Below, in pieces: positions 36,960 to 45,849 of a stretch of 54,451 bases of DNA. Positions within the stretch are counted from its first letter, which is position 1. Each line of letters begins with the position of its first letter. This DNA comes from an uncultured Oscillospiraceae bacterium (GTDB lineage: Bacteria; Bacillota; Clostridia; Christensenellales; Aristaeellaceae), in the NCBI GenBank assembly GCA_964600995.1, contig CAZRLU010000001.1, forward strand, positions 6,745 through 61,195, in the 5' to 3' direction. The notes beneath the pieces were generated by a model. It was not told the origin of the DNA. It made no database searches and was given only the letters and a program-made list of their open reading frames with translations. The translations under genes were made by a program, and so were the position numbers.

Positions 36960-39261
36960 GCGCGCCCTCCGTTTCTTCCTCCGGGTTGTGTTCACCAGTC
37001 ATAACACTGGCGGAAATGCGGCCGGAGGAGACCTCTGCCTCCCCGTTCTGATCAGAACCTGCGCTGTCCTTCTGAACGGATGCTTCCGGCTCCTTCGTCC
37101 CTTTAACGGCAGGGTCTATAGTCTGCTCCGGAACCCTGTGTTGTACCTCCGGATATTCAATCCGTTCGTGAAAAACGCCGCGGAGAACACCGGTGAACGC
37201 GGTGCAGATATCATCGATGTCGCGCAGGGTAATCGGAGAATTGCTGAGCTGTCCGTCCTCCAGTTTTCCCCGTACCAGCCTCTCAATGAACTGATTGATC
37301 GCCTTCGGGGTTGGATCGGACATGGAGCGTACAGCCGCTTCAATCGTGTCTGCAAGCATTACGATGGCGGCTTCCTTTGAATCAGGCCGCGGACCTTCAT
37401 ACCGGAATTCCTTGATATCCACCGGCGATCCGTTGGACATCTGGAGCGCCTTGTGATAGAAAAACATGACCGGCGTGAAGCCATGATGCTGAAGAATGAT
37501 ATCCGCGATTTCCTGAGGCATTTTCTCCTTCAGGGCCATCTGATAACCGTCTTTAGTGTGGCTTGTAAGAATTGCAGCGGAGATGTATGGATCCAGATTG
37601 TTGTGCGGATTCTCTCCTACCTGATTTTCCTTGAAATACTGCGGTCTTTTCAGTTTGCCGATATCGTGATAGTAGCCTGCTGCTCTGGCCAGATAGGGAT
37701 TCGCTCCGATTTTTTCCGCGGCGGCTTCCGCAAGATTTGCAACAATCAGGGAATGATGATAGGTACCCGGCGCTTCAAGCTGAAGCCTCCTCAGCAAAGG
37801 CTGATCCGGATTGCATAATTCGAGAAGTTTGGACGGAGTAGGCAGGCGGAAAACCGACTCAAGGACAGGCTGGAGACTGATTGCCAGGATGCTGCTCAGC
37901 ATACCGCCGCCCATGGCCCAGAGAATGGTTTCAAGCAGATCAGAGGTGGCTGTGGAAGTCATCCAGCGGATTCCAAGAATGATCAGGGCATTGATGGAGG
38001 CAGACAGAAGGCCGGTGAGAAGGACCCGGATCCGCTGCGGATGCGCCTTCAGAAATCTTACGGAAAAGGTTCCTCCGAGAAGCGTCATGATGAGAAGAAG
38101 AATCATCTCATACAGATAGGTGGAACTGTTCCCGGCTGCAAGCCCGGAAATCAGAATGGACATCGGGATTACGCTGGCAAACCCGGCTCTGGATCCCAGC
38201 AGAACGCAGATCAGGATCGGCACGAAGGTCATCGGAACGAGATATGCGCTGAAATAGAGATGAAACAGAACAGAAAACGCCAGGCCGACCATGGAGACGA
38301 TCATCGCCACAAGCAGCTTCCTGGAATCGTAGAGAATTGCTTTGTTCATCATACGAAGGGAAAGCACATATCCGATCATGGCGAGCAGCACGAGCAGGGC
38401 CGCTCCCTGGTAACTGGATAAATCATATTTATTATCCTTCAGAAGGCCAAGGGACCGGAGCATTTCGAGCTGACTCCGGGTAATCCTGTCACCTGCACGG
38501 ATAATGTTCTGCCCCTGAAGATATACGATGGGTTCCACGGCCTCCATGGCAGCAGCCCGGGCCAGATCCGTCGCTTCCTGCTCAATCACCATGTTTGGTT
38601 TGAGACAGGCCCGGAGAATATTCGGGATAATGTTCTGTGTCAGTGAAAGATCCAGCTTGTATCCGACAATCTGCAGAATCGTCTGGATGGATTGATTCAT
38701 CTGCCCTTCACGGATCGTGGTGTTCAGGGAATTCTCAACAGCGGTGGAAACGGTGGAAACCATTTCCTCAAAGGAATCTGTTTCCGTCTGCAGAAGCGTC
38801 TTCACCTGATATCTGCTCAGGGAAATGGAGGTAACCAGGGTCTGGGCATACTCGATTTCAGAATCGGTAAATGTTGTTTTCCTTCTTCCGTTTTCGTCCT
38901 GAAGGGTCTGCGCATACTGCTGAACGGTTCTCAGCTCATTGAATACGGTATTCAGGGAGGACAGGACTTCCTCTTTGATTCCTTCCTGAAAACGATAGGT
39001 CGGCTCCACTGCGCTGGCGGCAGCCTGCCGCTTTTCCTCTGTTGTGACTTCGTCCACCACATCCTTGGTCGCGTTGATGGTCTCCCTGGAGATGGAACCT
39101 ACAGAAAGATCATATTGGGTCGGAGCGCATACGAGGCAGTAGAGCCCGAAGGCGATCAGATAGGCGCAGGCAATAATCAGGGTATTGAGGGAATGAGAAG
39201 AGCGGAACCAGGAAACAACCTTTCCTATGATCGAAACCTGATCGTTTTCAGCGTTTTTCAC
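36937..39261 (-). CDS. pgpH: 7TM-HD phosphohydrolase (PgpH-like c-di-AMP phosphodiesterase)
   Basis: Large extracellular domain, 7 TMs, EAPGTYHHS, YHDIGK, QHHG, MLAD. Sits in the phoH-ybeY context. Confidence 0.85.
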   Translation of the reverse strand: MKNAENDQVSIIGKVVSWFRSSHSLNTLIIACAYLIAFGLYCLVCAPTQYDLSVGSISRETINATKDVVDEVTTEEKRQAAASAVEPTYRFQEGIKEEVLSSLNTVFNELRTVQQYAQTLQDENGRRKTTFTDSEIEYAQTLVTSISLSRYQVKTLLQTETDSFEEMVSTVSTAVENSLNTTIREGQMNQSIQTILQIVGYKLDLSLTQNIIPNILRACLKPNMVIEQEATDLARAAAMEAVEPIVYLQGQNIIRAGDRITRSQLEMLRSLGLLKDNKYDLSSYQGAALLVLLAMIGYVLSLRMMNKAILYDSRKLLVAMIVSMVGLAFSVLFHLYFSAYLVPMTFVPILICVLLGSRAGFASVIPMSILISGLAAGNSSTYLYEMILLLIMTLLGGTFSVRFLKAHPQRIRVLLTGLLSASINALIILGIRWMTSTATSDLLETILWAMGGGMLSSILAISLQPVLESVFRLPTPSKLLELCNPDQPLLRRLQLEAPGTYHHSLIVANLAEAAAEKIGANPYLARAAGYYHDIGKLKRPQYFKENQVGENPHNNLDPYISAAILTSHTKDGYQMALKEKMPQEIADIILQHHGFTPVMFFYHKALQMSNGSPVDIKEFRYEGPRPDSKEAAIVMLADTIEAAVRSMSDPTPKAINQFIERLVRGKLEDGQLSNSPITLRDIDDICTAFTGVLRGVFHERIEYPEVQHRVPEQTIDPAVKGTKEPEASVQKDSAGSDQNGEAEVSSGRISASVMTGEHNPEEETEGAHENRVEP

Positions 39262-39303
39262 GGGTATATACTCCCCTTTTTATCCTTATTTCCCGGCCGC
39301 TTT

Positions 39304-40275
39304 TCACTGCAGGGAACGGGTTTTCTTTTTCATTTCATCGTATGCATGGATAATCTTCATCACCAGCTCATGACGTACCACATCTTTCTCAGTCAGCTCA
39401 ACGATACCGATTTCCTCGATATCCTTCAGGATCCGGACGGACTCCTCCAGGCCGGAACGAACGCCGGAAGGGAGATCCGTCTGCGTGATATCTCCCGTGA
39501 TCACCATCTTCGTATGAAATCCCATTCTTGTAAGGAACATCTTCATCTGTTCCGAGGTGGTATTCTGTGCTTCATCCAGAATCACGAATGCGTCGGAAAG
39601 GGTTCTTCCGCGCATGTATGCAAGCGGAGCCACCTCGATGATTCCGCGCTCCACAAGACGCGGAAAGGCATCCGGGCCCATAAAATCGTAGAGCGCATCA
39701 TACAGCGGGCGCAGATAGGGATCCACCTTCTGACTCAGATCACCCGGGAGAAAGCCAAGCTTTTCACCGGCTTCCACTGCGGGACGGGTAAGAATGATGC
39801 GTTCCACTTCCTTGTTTTTCAGAGATACAACCGCAAGCGCCATGGCGAGATAGGTTTTTCCGGTTCCTGCAGGGCCGATGGCGAAGGTAAGGTCATGATG
39901 CCGGATGGTATCCACATATTGCAGCTGGCCGATCGTTTTGCAGCGGATCGGCTTGCCCCGGTGCGTAACCGCGATGACGGTATCCTTGCCGGCTTCCCAG
40001 GAATCGGAAACACCATCCCTGATTCCTGAGATGACCTGACGGATTCCCATCCGGTCAATCGGCTCATGATGAAGAATCTGTCCGATGATATGCAGGATAA
40101 CCTTCTCGGCAAATCTTATATCTGATTCTTCGCCCTGAAGAATCAGCCCATTCTTCTGCAATACGACATGGACATTACACTCCTCTTCAATCAGCGCAAT
40201 ATTCTGATCGTTCATTCCGAACAAAGTAATGTAGGCGTCGATAGATTGGTCTGATAAATCAAGGTTATAGTTCAA
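39304..40275 (-). CDS. phoH: PhoH family ATPase
   Basis: GPAGTGKT, RPAVEAGEKLGFLPG, AYMRGRT, DEAQN. Confidence 0.95.
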   Translation of the reverse strand: MNYNLDLSDQSIDAYITLFGMNDQNIALIEEECNVHVVLQKNGLILQGEESDIRFAEKVILHIIGQILHHEPIDRMGIRQVISGIRDGVSDSWEAGKDTVIAVTHRGKPIRCKTIGQLQYVDTIRHHDLTFAIGPAGTGKTYLAMALAVVSLKNKEVERIILTRPAVEAGEKLGFLPGDLSQKVDPYLRPLYDALYDFMGPDAFPRLVERGIIEVAPLAYMRGRTLSDAFVILDEAQNTTSEQMKMFLTRMGFHTKMVITGDITQTDLPSGVRSGLEESVRILKDIEEIGIVELTEKDVVRHELVMKIIHAYDEMKKKTRSLQ

Positions 40276-40320
40276 GGTCGGTTTATCCTTCCCTTTCTGA
40301 TGAAATATATACCATAAACA

Positions 40321-40348
40321 ATGATATCAAATTTCATTTTTTTGTCAA
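40321..40348 (-). promoter_or_regulatory. Putative promoter of the phoH operon
   Basis: Minus strand TTGACA-16 nt-TATCAT with extended TG. Confidence 0.5.
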
Positions 40349-40356
40349 CAAAGCTG

Positions 40357-40385
40357 TTGACGATTTATGGATTCTATGCTATTAT
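40357..40385 (+). promoter_or_regulatory. Putative promoter of the T-box leader
   Basis: TTGACG-17 nt-TATTAT with extended TG. Confidence 0.6.
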
Positions 40386-40404
40386 CCACACAATTTCATA
40401 TTCG

Positions 40405-40670
40405 AAGCAATGATGGAAAGAAACTCTTTCGGGAAGTTACAGAGAGCCGGTGGATGGTGTGAACCGGTACGGAATGAGAGAGCTACTGGTTCCGGAGCTT
40501 GCCTGCTGAACGTGTTTGCAAGTAAGTGGGCACGGGCGCCCCGTGATCGGCTGTGAGCTTATTTGAGCTTGAGATGGTTTTCTTCTGTGAATTCGGAAGG
40601 AAGCAAAATGGGTGGTACCGCGGATTCTAATTCGTCCCTGGAGCAATTGAATTGCTCCGGGGATTTTTTT
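40405..40670 (+). ncRNA. T-box riboswitch, Leu (CUG specifier)
   Basis: Stem I with AGAGAG bulge (40441) and GGTGTGA loop. Specifier CTG at 40486-40488 precedes G-TTCC. T-box AAAATGGGTGGTACCGCG (40605-40622). Terminator TCCCTGGAGCAAT/ATTGCTCCGGGGA plus T7. Confidence 0.92.
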
Positions 40671-40683
40671 CGGAGGAATGAAG

Positions 40684-42096
40684 ATGGAAAGGATTTTTAT
40701 TGCTGATACGACTTTAAAGCAGACCGGGAAAAAACTGCCCTTAAGCTTCCGTGAAAAAATAGAACTTGCTCGTATGCTGGACCGTCTCGGAGTTGACTCG
40801 GTGGAGCTTCCGGCCATCGCAGTTCCCAAGGTGGATACGCTTCTGATCAAATCCATCTCTTCGGCTGTGAAATCCGCCGAAATCGCCGTTCCGGTTTCTC
40901 TGGAGGTAAACAGCGTCGTCACAACCTGGAACGCCCTGAAGGAGGCGTCCCGGGCGCGGCTTCAGGTCTGCGTGCCGGTGAGCTCCGTCCGGATGGAATA
41001 CCTGATGCACCTGAAACCGAAGGCGCTCACCGAAAGGGCGTTCGAAGTGGTTCGGGAATGCAGAAAGTATACAGAAAATATTGAGCTGGTCGCGGAAGAC
41101 GCGCTGCGAAGCGATCGCGATTTTCTGCTGAGCCTTATTACCGGCATGATTGCTTGCGGCGTAAAGCATTTTACTTTTCAGGAGTCCGCCGGCGTTTTTC
41201 TTCCCGAGGAGCTTCGGAAGGAGATCATGCAGATTATGTCTTCTCTTCCGCAACAGGAAGGGCTCCTCTTTGGCATCGAATGCCGGAATGATCTCAGCCT
41301 GGCAGATGCCTGTTCCATCGAGAGCCTTTTCGGAGGGATCCGCGAGATCAAAGCCGCTGCCTATTCCCCGGACTGCGCCAATCTGGGAAATATCGTCAAG
41401 ATTCTTGGCCTGAAGGGAGACAAAATGGGAGTTTCCTGCCGGGTTCACAAGGAGGAAATCCGCCGTGGCACTGCGCAGATTGAATCCCTTTGCCGGGCCA
41501 GCTCGATGACGGACAGAAACTTTTTCCCGAAAGAATCAGATCAGTATGAGGATATCAGGCTGAGCCACCATGACAGCCGGGAGAGCCTCAATCAGGCGAT
41601 GGCCAAGCTTGGCTATCTCCTCTCGGAAGAGGATCAGGAACGGGTATACCAGGCATTCCTGAATGTTTCAGAGAAAAAAGGCAGCATTTCCCTGAAGGAG
41701 TTTGACACGCTGATTGCGACGGAGGCCCTTCAGGTGCCGCCGACCTATAAAATCGTCCGCTTTGTAGTGAACTCCGGAAATGAAATCGGAGCGATGGCGC
41801 ATATGCGGCTTCTTTTCCACGACAAGCCGCTGGAAGGCATATCCACCGGAGACGGCGTGATCGACGCTGCTTTCCGCGCACTCGAAAAAGCGGTCGGCCG
41901 CCATTTTGAACTGGATGATTTCCAGATTCAGGCTGTGACCGAGGGAAAAGAGGCAATGGGTGAAACCATCGTAAGGCTGCGTTCCCGGGGGAAACTGTAT
42001 TCCGGACGGGGGCTGTCCACGGATATTGTGGGCTCCGGAATCATGGCTTACCTGAATGCCCTGAACAAGATCGTTTATGAGGAGGAAGAAGAATGA
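40684..42096 (+). CDS. 2-isopropylmalate synthase (LeuA)-like protein with a degenerate active site and an intact C-terminal regulatory domain
   Basis: Colinear with LeuA (DTTL, LDRLGVD, AEDALRSD, GDGVIDA, GRGLSTDIV, AYLNALN), but RDGEQ, HCH, GERAGN and HESGIH are lost. Confidence 0.85.
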   Translation: MERIFIADTTLKQTGKKLPLSFREKIELARMLDRLGVDSVELPAIAVPKVDTLLIKSISSAVKSAEIAVPVSLEVNSVVTTWNALKEASRARLQVCVPVSSVRMEYLMHLKPKALTERAFEVVRECRKYTENIELVAEDALRSDRDFLLSLITGMIACGVKHFTFQESAGVFLPEELRKEIMQIMSSLPQQEGLLFGIECRNDLSLADACSIESLFGGIREIKAAAYSPDCANLGNIVKILGLKGDKMGVSCRVHKEEIRRGTAQIESLCRASSMTDRNFFPKESDQYEDIRLSHHDSRESLNQAMAKLGYLLSEEDQERVYQAFLNVSEKKGSISLKEFDTLIATEALQVPPTYKIVRFVVNSGNEIGAMAHMRLLFHDKPLEGISTGDGVIDAAFRALEKAVGRHFELDDFQIQAVTEGKEAMGETIVRLRSRGKLYSGRGLSTDIVGSGIMAYLNALNKIVYEEEEE

Positions 42097-44612
42097 AGCT
42101 CTCATTTTCGACCAGAGGCTGGAATGATCTTTCCTGGGATGATCAGGTGAAAGATGCCATTGAGAATCATTTTCAGGGCATTGAAGTGTACAATCTTACC
42201 CGTATTTCCGCCCTGTCTGACCGCGGAGGCGCTTTCCATCCCTTTCATCTGAACGAGACCTATCGCGGTCTGAAGGAAAAAGGTTTATCCGTTTCCTGTC
42301 TGGATACCTCCATTGATATCAGCGACGGAGCAGTCAGTCTGGAGGAGTTCCGGACGCTGATGCATGCTGCTTCCGTCCTGCGTGCTCCTTATATATCTGT
42401 CTGTGCACTGAAGAGCCAGGAAGACACGGTTTTTCAGAATCTGAACCTCATTCTTCCGCTGCTGCGGGAATCAGATATCATTCTGCTGATCAAGACGACG
42501 GGGATCTACGCGGATACGGAACGCCTGCGTGAACTGCTGGATTCCTATGCCTGTGACGAGCTGGCCGCGCTGTGGGATATGCATCATCCTTACCGGGACT
42601 TTCAGGAAACGCCGGAAAACACCATCAAGCATCTCGGCGCCTACGTCCGGCACGTTCACCTGAGAGACTCCGATGATCAGGGCGAATATAACCTGATCGG
42701 CGAAGGAACCCTTCCGCTCCGGGATATGATGCGGTCCCTGAGCTCCATAGACTACGATGGGTTTATCTCCATGGAATGGAAACCAGAATGGATGCCGGAT
42801 CTTCCGCTCCGGGATGTCATTCTTCCCTATTTTACCAATTATATGAAACGCTTCGAAAACACCCGGGGAAAGCGGAGGGTTCTGTATCCGAACCATGACG
42901 GCACGGGAAGATATATCTGGAAGAAGGATGAACTGATCGGGCTGACATTCCCTCAGGTGCTGGACGAGGTGGTGTCATCATTTCCGGATCAGTACGCATT
43001 CCGCTATACCACGCTGGATTATACCCGGACCTACGAGGAGTTTCGCCAGGATGTGGATCAGTTTGCCCGCGCTCTGATTTCCCTCGGTGTAAAACCCGGG
43101 AGCAAGGTTGCAATCTGGGCGACAAACGTTCCGGCCTGGTTCATCACCTTCTGGGCCACAACCAAGATCGGCGCAGTGCTGGTAACCGTCAACACGGCTT
43201 ATAAAATTCATGAAGCGGAGTATCTTCTTCGTCAAAGCGATACCCATACGCTTGTGATGATTGAGTCCTGCCTCGACAGCAATTACCGAAGCATTGTGAA
43301 TGAGCTCTGTCCGGAGATTGCGAACAGCAGGCCGGGAGAACCCCTCCACTGCAGGAAGCTGCCCTTCCTGCGCAACGTGATCACCGTAGGCTTTACCCAG
43401 CCCGGCTGCCTGACTTTCGAGGAGACGATGGAGAGGGCGGAAAGCGTCCCGGAGGAGAAGCTGAAGGATTATGCTTCACAGGTCAGAGCGGATGACGTAT
43501 GCAATATGCAGTACACCTCCGGGACCACGGGGTTTCCGAAGGGAGTCATGCTCACGCACTATAATGTGATCAACAACGGAAAATGCATCGGGGACCGGAT
43601 GGGTCTCTCCACCGCGGACCGTATGATGATTCAGGTGCCGATGTTCCATTGCTTCGGAATGGTTCTTTCCATGACCGCTTCCATGACACATGGCGCTACG
43701 CTCTGTCCGCTCCCCTATTTTTCCGCAAAGAATTCCCTTGCATGCATCCAGCAGGAGCAGATTACCTGCTTTAACGGTGTGCCGACCATGTTTATTGCGA
43801 TGTTCAATCATGAAGACTACAGAAAAACTGATTTCTCCCATATGCGGACCGGGATTATGGCCGGCGCCGGATGTCCTCCCGAGCTGATGCGCAGAGCAGC
43901 TCAGCCCGATGAGATGAACATGCGGGGCATCGTCAGCGTGTACGGTCAGACTGAATCAGCTCCCGGAAGCACAATGTCAGCCTGGCAGGATGATATCATC
44001 CTCAGGACGGATACCGTCGGATACGCGTTCCCGAACGTGGAATGCAAGGTCATAGATCCTGAAACCGGGGATGAACTTCCGGATGAAATGGATGGTGAAT
44101 TCTGCTCCCGCGGCTATAACACCATGAAGGGCTATTACAAGATGCCTGAAGCCACAGCCCAGACGATCGACGGGGATGGATGGCTGCATTCCGGAGATCT
44201 GGCGCGCCGGAAGAAGGATGGGACTTTTGTGATCACCGGCCGGCTGAAGGATATGATCATCCGCGGCGGTGAAAACATCTATCCGAAGGAAATAGAGGAA
44301 TTTATCTATACGCATCCGGCGGTGGAGGATGTGCAGGTAATCGGCGTTCCCGATAAAAAATACGGGGAGGCCGTGATGGCCTGTATTATTCTCAGGGAAG
44401 GGGCCGAAATGACCGCAGAAGAAATGACGGAATACATCCAGGGACATATGGCCCGGCATAAGGTGCCTCAGTATATTGAGTTTGTCCATTCCTTCCCCAT
44501 GAATGCCGCCGGAAAAATCCTGAAATACAAAATGCGGGAGGAAGCAATTGAACGGCTGGGCCTGAAAAACGCAGCGGGAATTGATACCGCCAAATCCGGC
44601 GGGAAAGCTTAA
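42093..44612 (+). CDS. Fusion of a xylose-isomerase-like TIM barrel and an AMP-binding acyl-CoA synthetase
   Basis: First ~260 aa: LWDMHH, HVHLRD, GEGTLP, YDGFISMEW. C-terminal ANL motifs: YTSGTTGFPKG, PMFHCFG, YGQTE, HSGD, GRLKDMIIRGGENIYP, AGKILK. Confidence 0.88.
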   Translation: MKLSFSTRGWNDLSWDDQVKDAIENHFQGIEVYNLTRISALSDRGGAFHPFHLNETYRGLKEKGLSVSCLDTSIDISDGAVSLEEFRTLMHAASVLRAPYISVCALKSQEDTVFQNLNLILPLLRESDIILLIKTTGIYADTERLRELLDSYACDELAALWDMHHPYRDFQETPENTIKHLGAYVRHVHLRDSDDQGEYNLIGEGTLPLRDMMRSLSSIDYDGFISMEWKPEWMPDLPLRDVILPYFTNYMKRFENTRGKRRVLYPNHDGTGRYIWKKDELIGLTFPQVLDEVVSSFPDQYAFRYTTLDYTRTYEEFRQDVDQFARALISLGVKPGSKVAIWATNVPAWFITFWATTKIGAVLVTVNTAYKIHEAEYLLRQSDTHTLVMIESCLDSNYRSIVNELCPEIANSRPGEPLHCRKLPFLRNVITVGFTQPGCLTFEETMERAESVPEEKLKDYASQVRADDVCNMQYTSGTTGFPKGVMLTHYNVINNGKCIGDRMGLSTADRMMIQVPMFHCFGMVLSMTASMTHGATLCPLPYFSAKNSLACIQQEQITCFNGVPTMFIAMFNHEDYRKTDFSHMRTGIMAGAGCPPELMRRAAQPDEMNMRGIVSVYGQTESAPGSTMSAWQDDIILRTDTVGYAFPNVECKVIDPETGDELPDEMDGEFCSRGYNTMKGYYKMPEATAQTIDGDGWLHSGDLARRKKDGTFVITGRLKDMIIRGGENIYPKEIEEFIYTHPAVEDVQVIGVPDKKYGEAVMACIILREGAEMTAEEMTEYIQGHMARHKVPQYIEFVHSFPMNAAGKILKYKMREEAIERLGLKNAAGIDTAKSGGKA

Positions 44613-45613
44613 TTATTCAGCAGATATTTGTATTGAGCCGGATCCTCAAGGACTTTGGCGCATCCGAGAACCGTACAGTCCCGTGCTTCATCGGCAACTT
44701 TGCACGGGACTTTCAGTACGCCGGAAATTGCTTCGGAGAGGCCGTAGAGCTGAGCGCCCCCTCCGGTCAGAGTAATACCGCTTTCAAAGATATCGGATGC
44801 AAGCTGCGGCGGTGTCTTTTCAACAAGAACCTGAATCCCTTCTATTAAATCATTCACACAGTCAATCAGGGATTCATAGATTTCATCGGAATCCACAGCC
44901 AGGGTTTTCGGCAGACCGGAGATCAGATTCCGGCCCGTGATATCCATGGATATCAGCTGTTCCCGGCGAACGGCGCTTCCGAGGGTGATTTTAATCTGCT
45001 CCGCAGTTCTTTCACCGATCAGCATATTGTATTTCTTGCGCAGAAAGCGGATCACAGCGTCATCAAACTGATCGCCTCCGATGTGCAGGCTGCTCAGAAC
45101 GGTGGGCGTGCCGTGATAGAGTACCGCCAGATCCGTTCCGCCGGCGCTGATATCCGCCAGAAGGCATCCGTACTCTCCCAGGAAATTCAGTCCGGCTCCC
45201 AGCGCAGTTGCGACATTTCTGTCGATCAGCTGGGTGCGACGGATTCCCGCGTCAAAGAGCGAGGTCACCAGAGCCTTTTTTTCGATTTCCTTCACACCTC
45301 CGGGCGTGGTGAGAATGGCCCTTGGCCTTGCAAGACGATGATTGCCAATCACCTGTGAAACGAAGAACCGCAGCATGTTTCCGGTCAGATCAAAGTCAAT
45401 CATCTCTCCCTGGGCAAGAGGCCGGATAACCTGAATATGTGCGGGCGTCCTGCCTGTCATTCGCCAGGCCTCCGTACCAAATGCAAGGATTCTTCTGGAT
45501 TCCTGATTCACGGAAACAGCAGCGGGCTCCCTGAGCACAACTCCCTGCCCTTTCATATAAATCACAACCTGAGAAGTTCCCAGATCGATCGCGATATCAT
45601 TTACCTGAGCCAT
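44609..45613 (-). CDS. Divergent MreB/Mbl-family actin-like protein
   Basis: IAIDLGT, VLREP, IRPL, GGDQFDDA, IGERTAEQIK, GRNLISGLP, TGGGAQL. Confidence 0.88.
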   Translation of the reverse strand: MAQVNDIAIDLGTSQVVIYMKGQGVVLREPAAVSVNQESRRILAFGTEAWRMTGRTPAHIQVIRPLAQGEMIDFDLTGNMLRFFVSQVIGNHRLARPRAILTTPGGVKEIEKKALVTSLFDAGIRRTQLIDRNVATALGAGLNFLGEYGCLLADISAGGTDLAVLYHGTPTVLSSLHIGGDQFDDAVIRFLRKKYNMLIGERTAEQIKITLGSAVRREQLISMDITGRNLISGLPKTLAVDSDEIYESLIDCVNDLIEGIQVLVEKTPPQLASDIFESGITLTGGGAQLYGLSEAISGVLKVPCKVADEARDCTVLGCAKVLEDPAQYKYLLNN

Positions 45614-45783
45614 CGCTTTATCTCCTTTCCCGGAGCACAAAAGGAACATCCTGAAACAGACGGAAAACAGCTTCCTGCTTGCCTCTTTCCGGAGAAAAGA
45701 AGCGGCCAGGAGCCTGTACGTGTATTTGAGGATCCGTGCAGGCTGAATATACTACCATGAACAAGCATTAAAAATCAAGTTTC

Positions 45784-45812
45784 TTGACAATTCCTGGACA
45801 TTCAGTCATAAT
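45784..45812 (+). promoter_or_regulatory. Putative sigma-A promoter of the radical SAM-der operon
   Basis: TTGACA-17 nt-CATAAT. Confidence 0.65.
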
Positions 45813-45849
45813 TATTTTGTGTATTTATGTCTGGAAGGGAGGGAGCAGT

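Noticed and set aside
38692-40029. 445-aa plus-strand ORF
   Set aside because: Antisense to pgpH and phoH.
40684-42096. Functional leuA, or a pseudogene
   Set aside because: The catalytic and metal ligands are missing, so it is not an active IPMS. The frame, RBS, coupling and regulatory domain are intact, so it is not an evident pseudogene.
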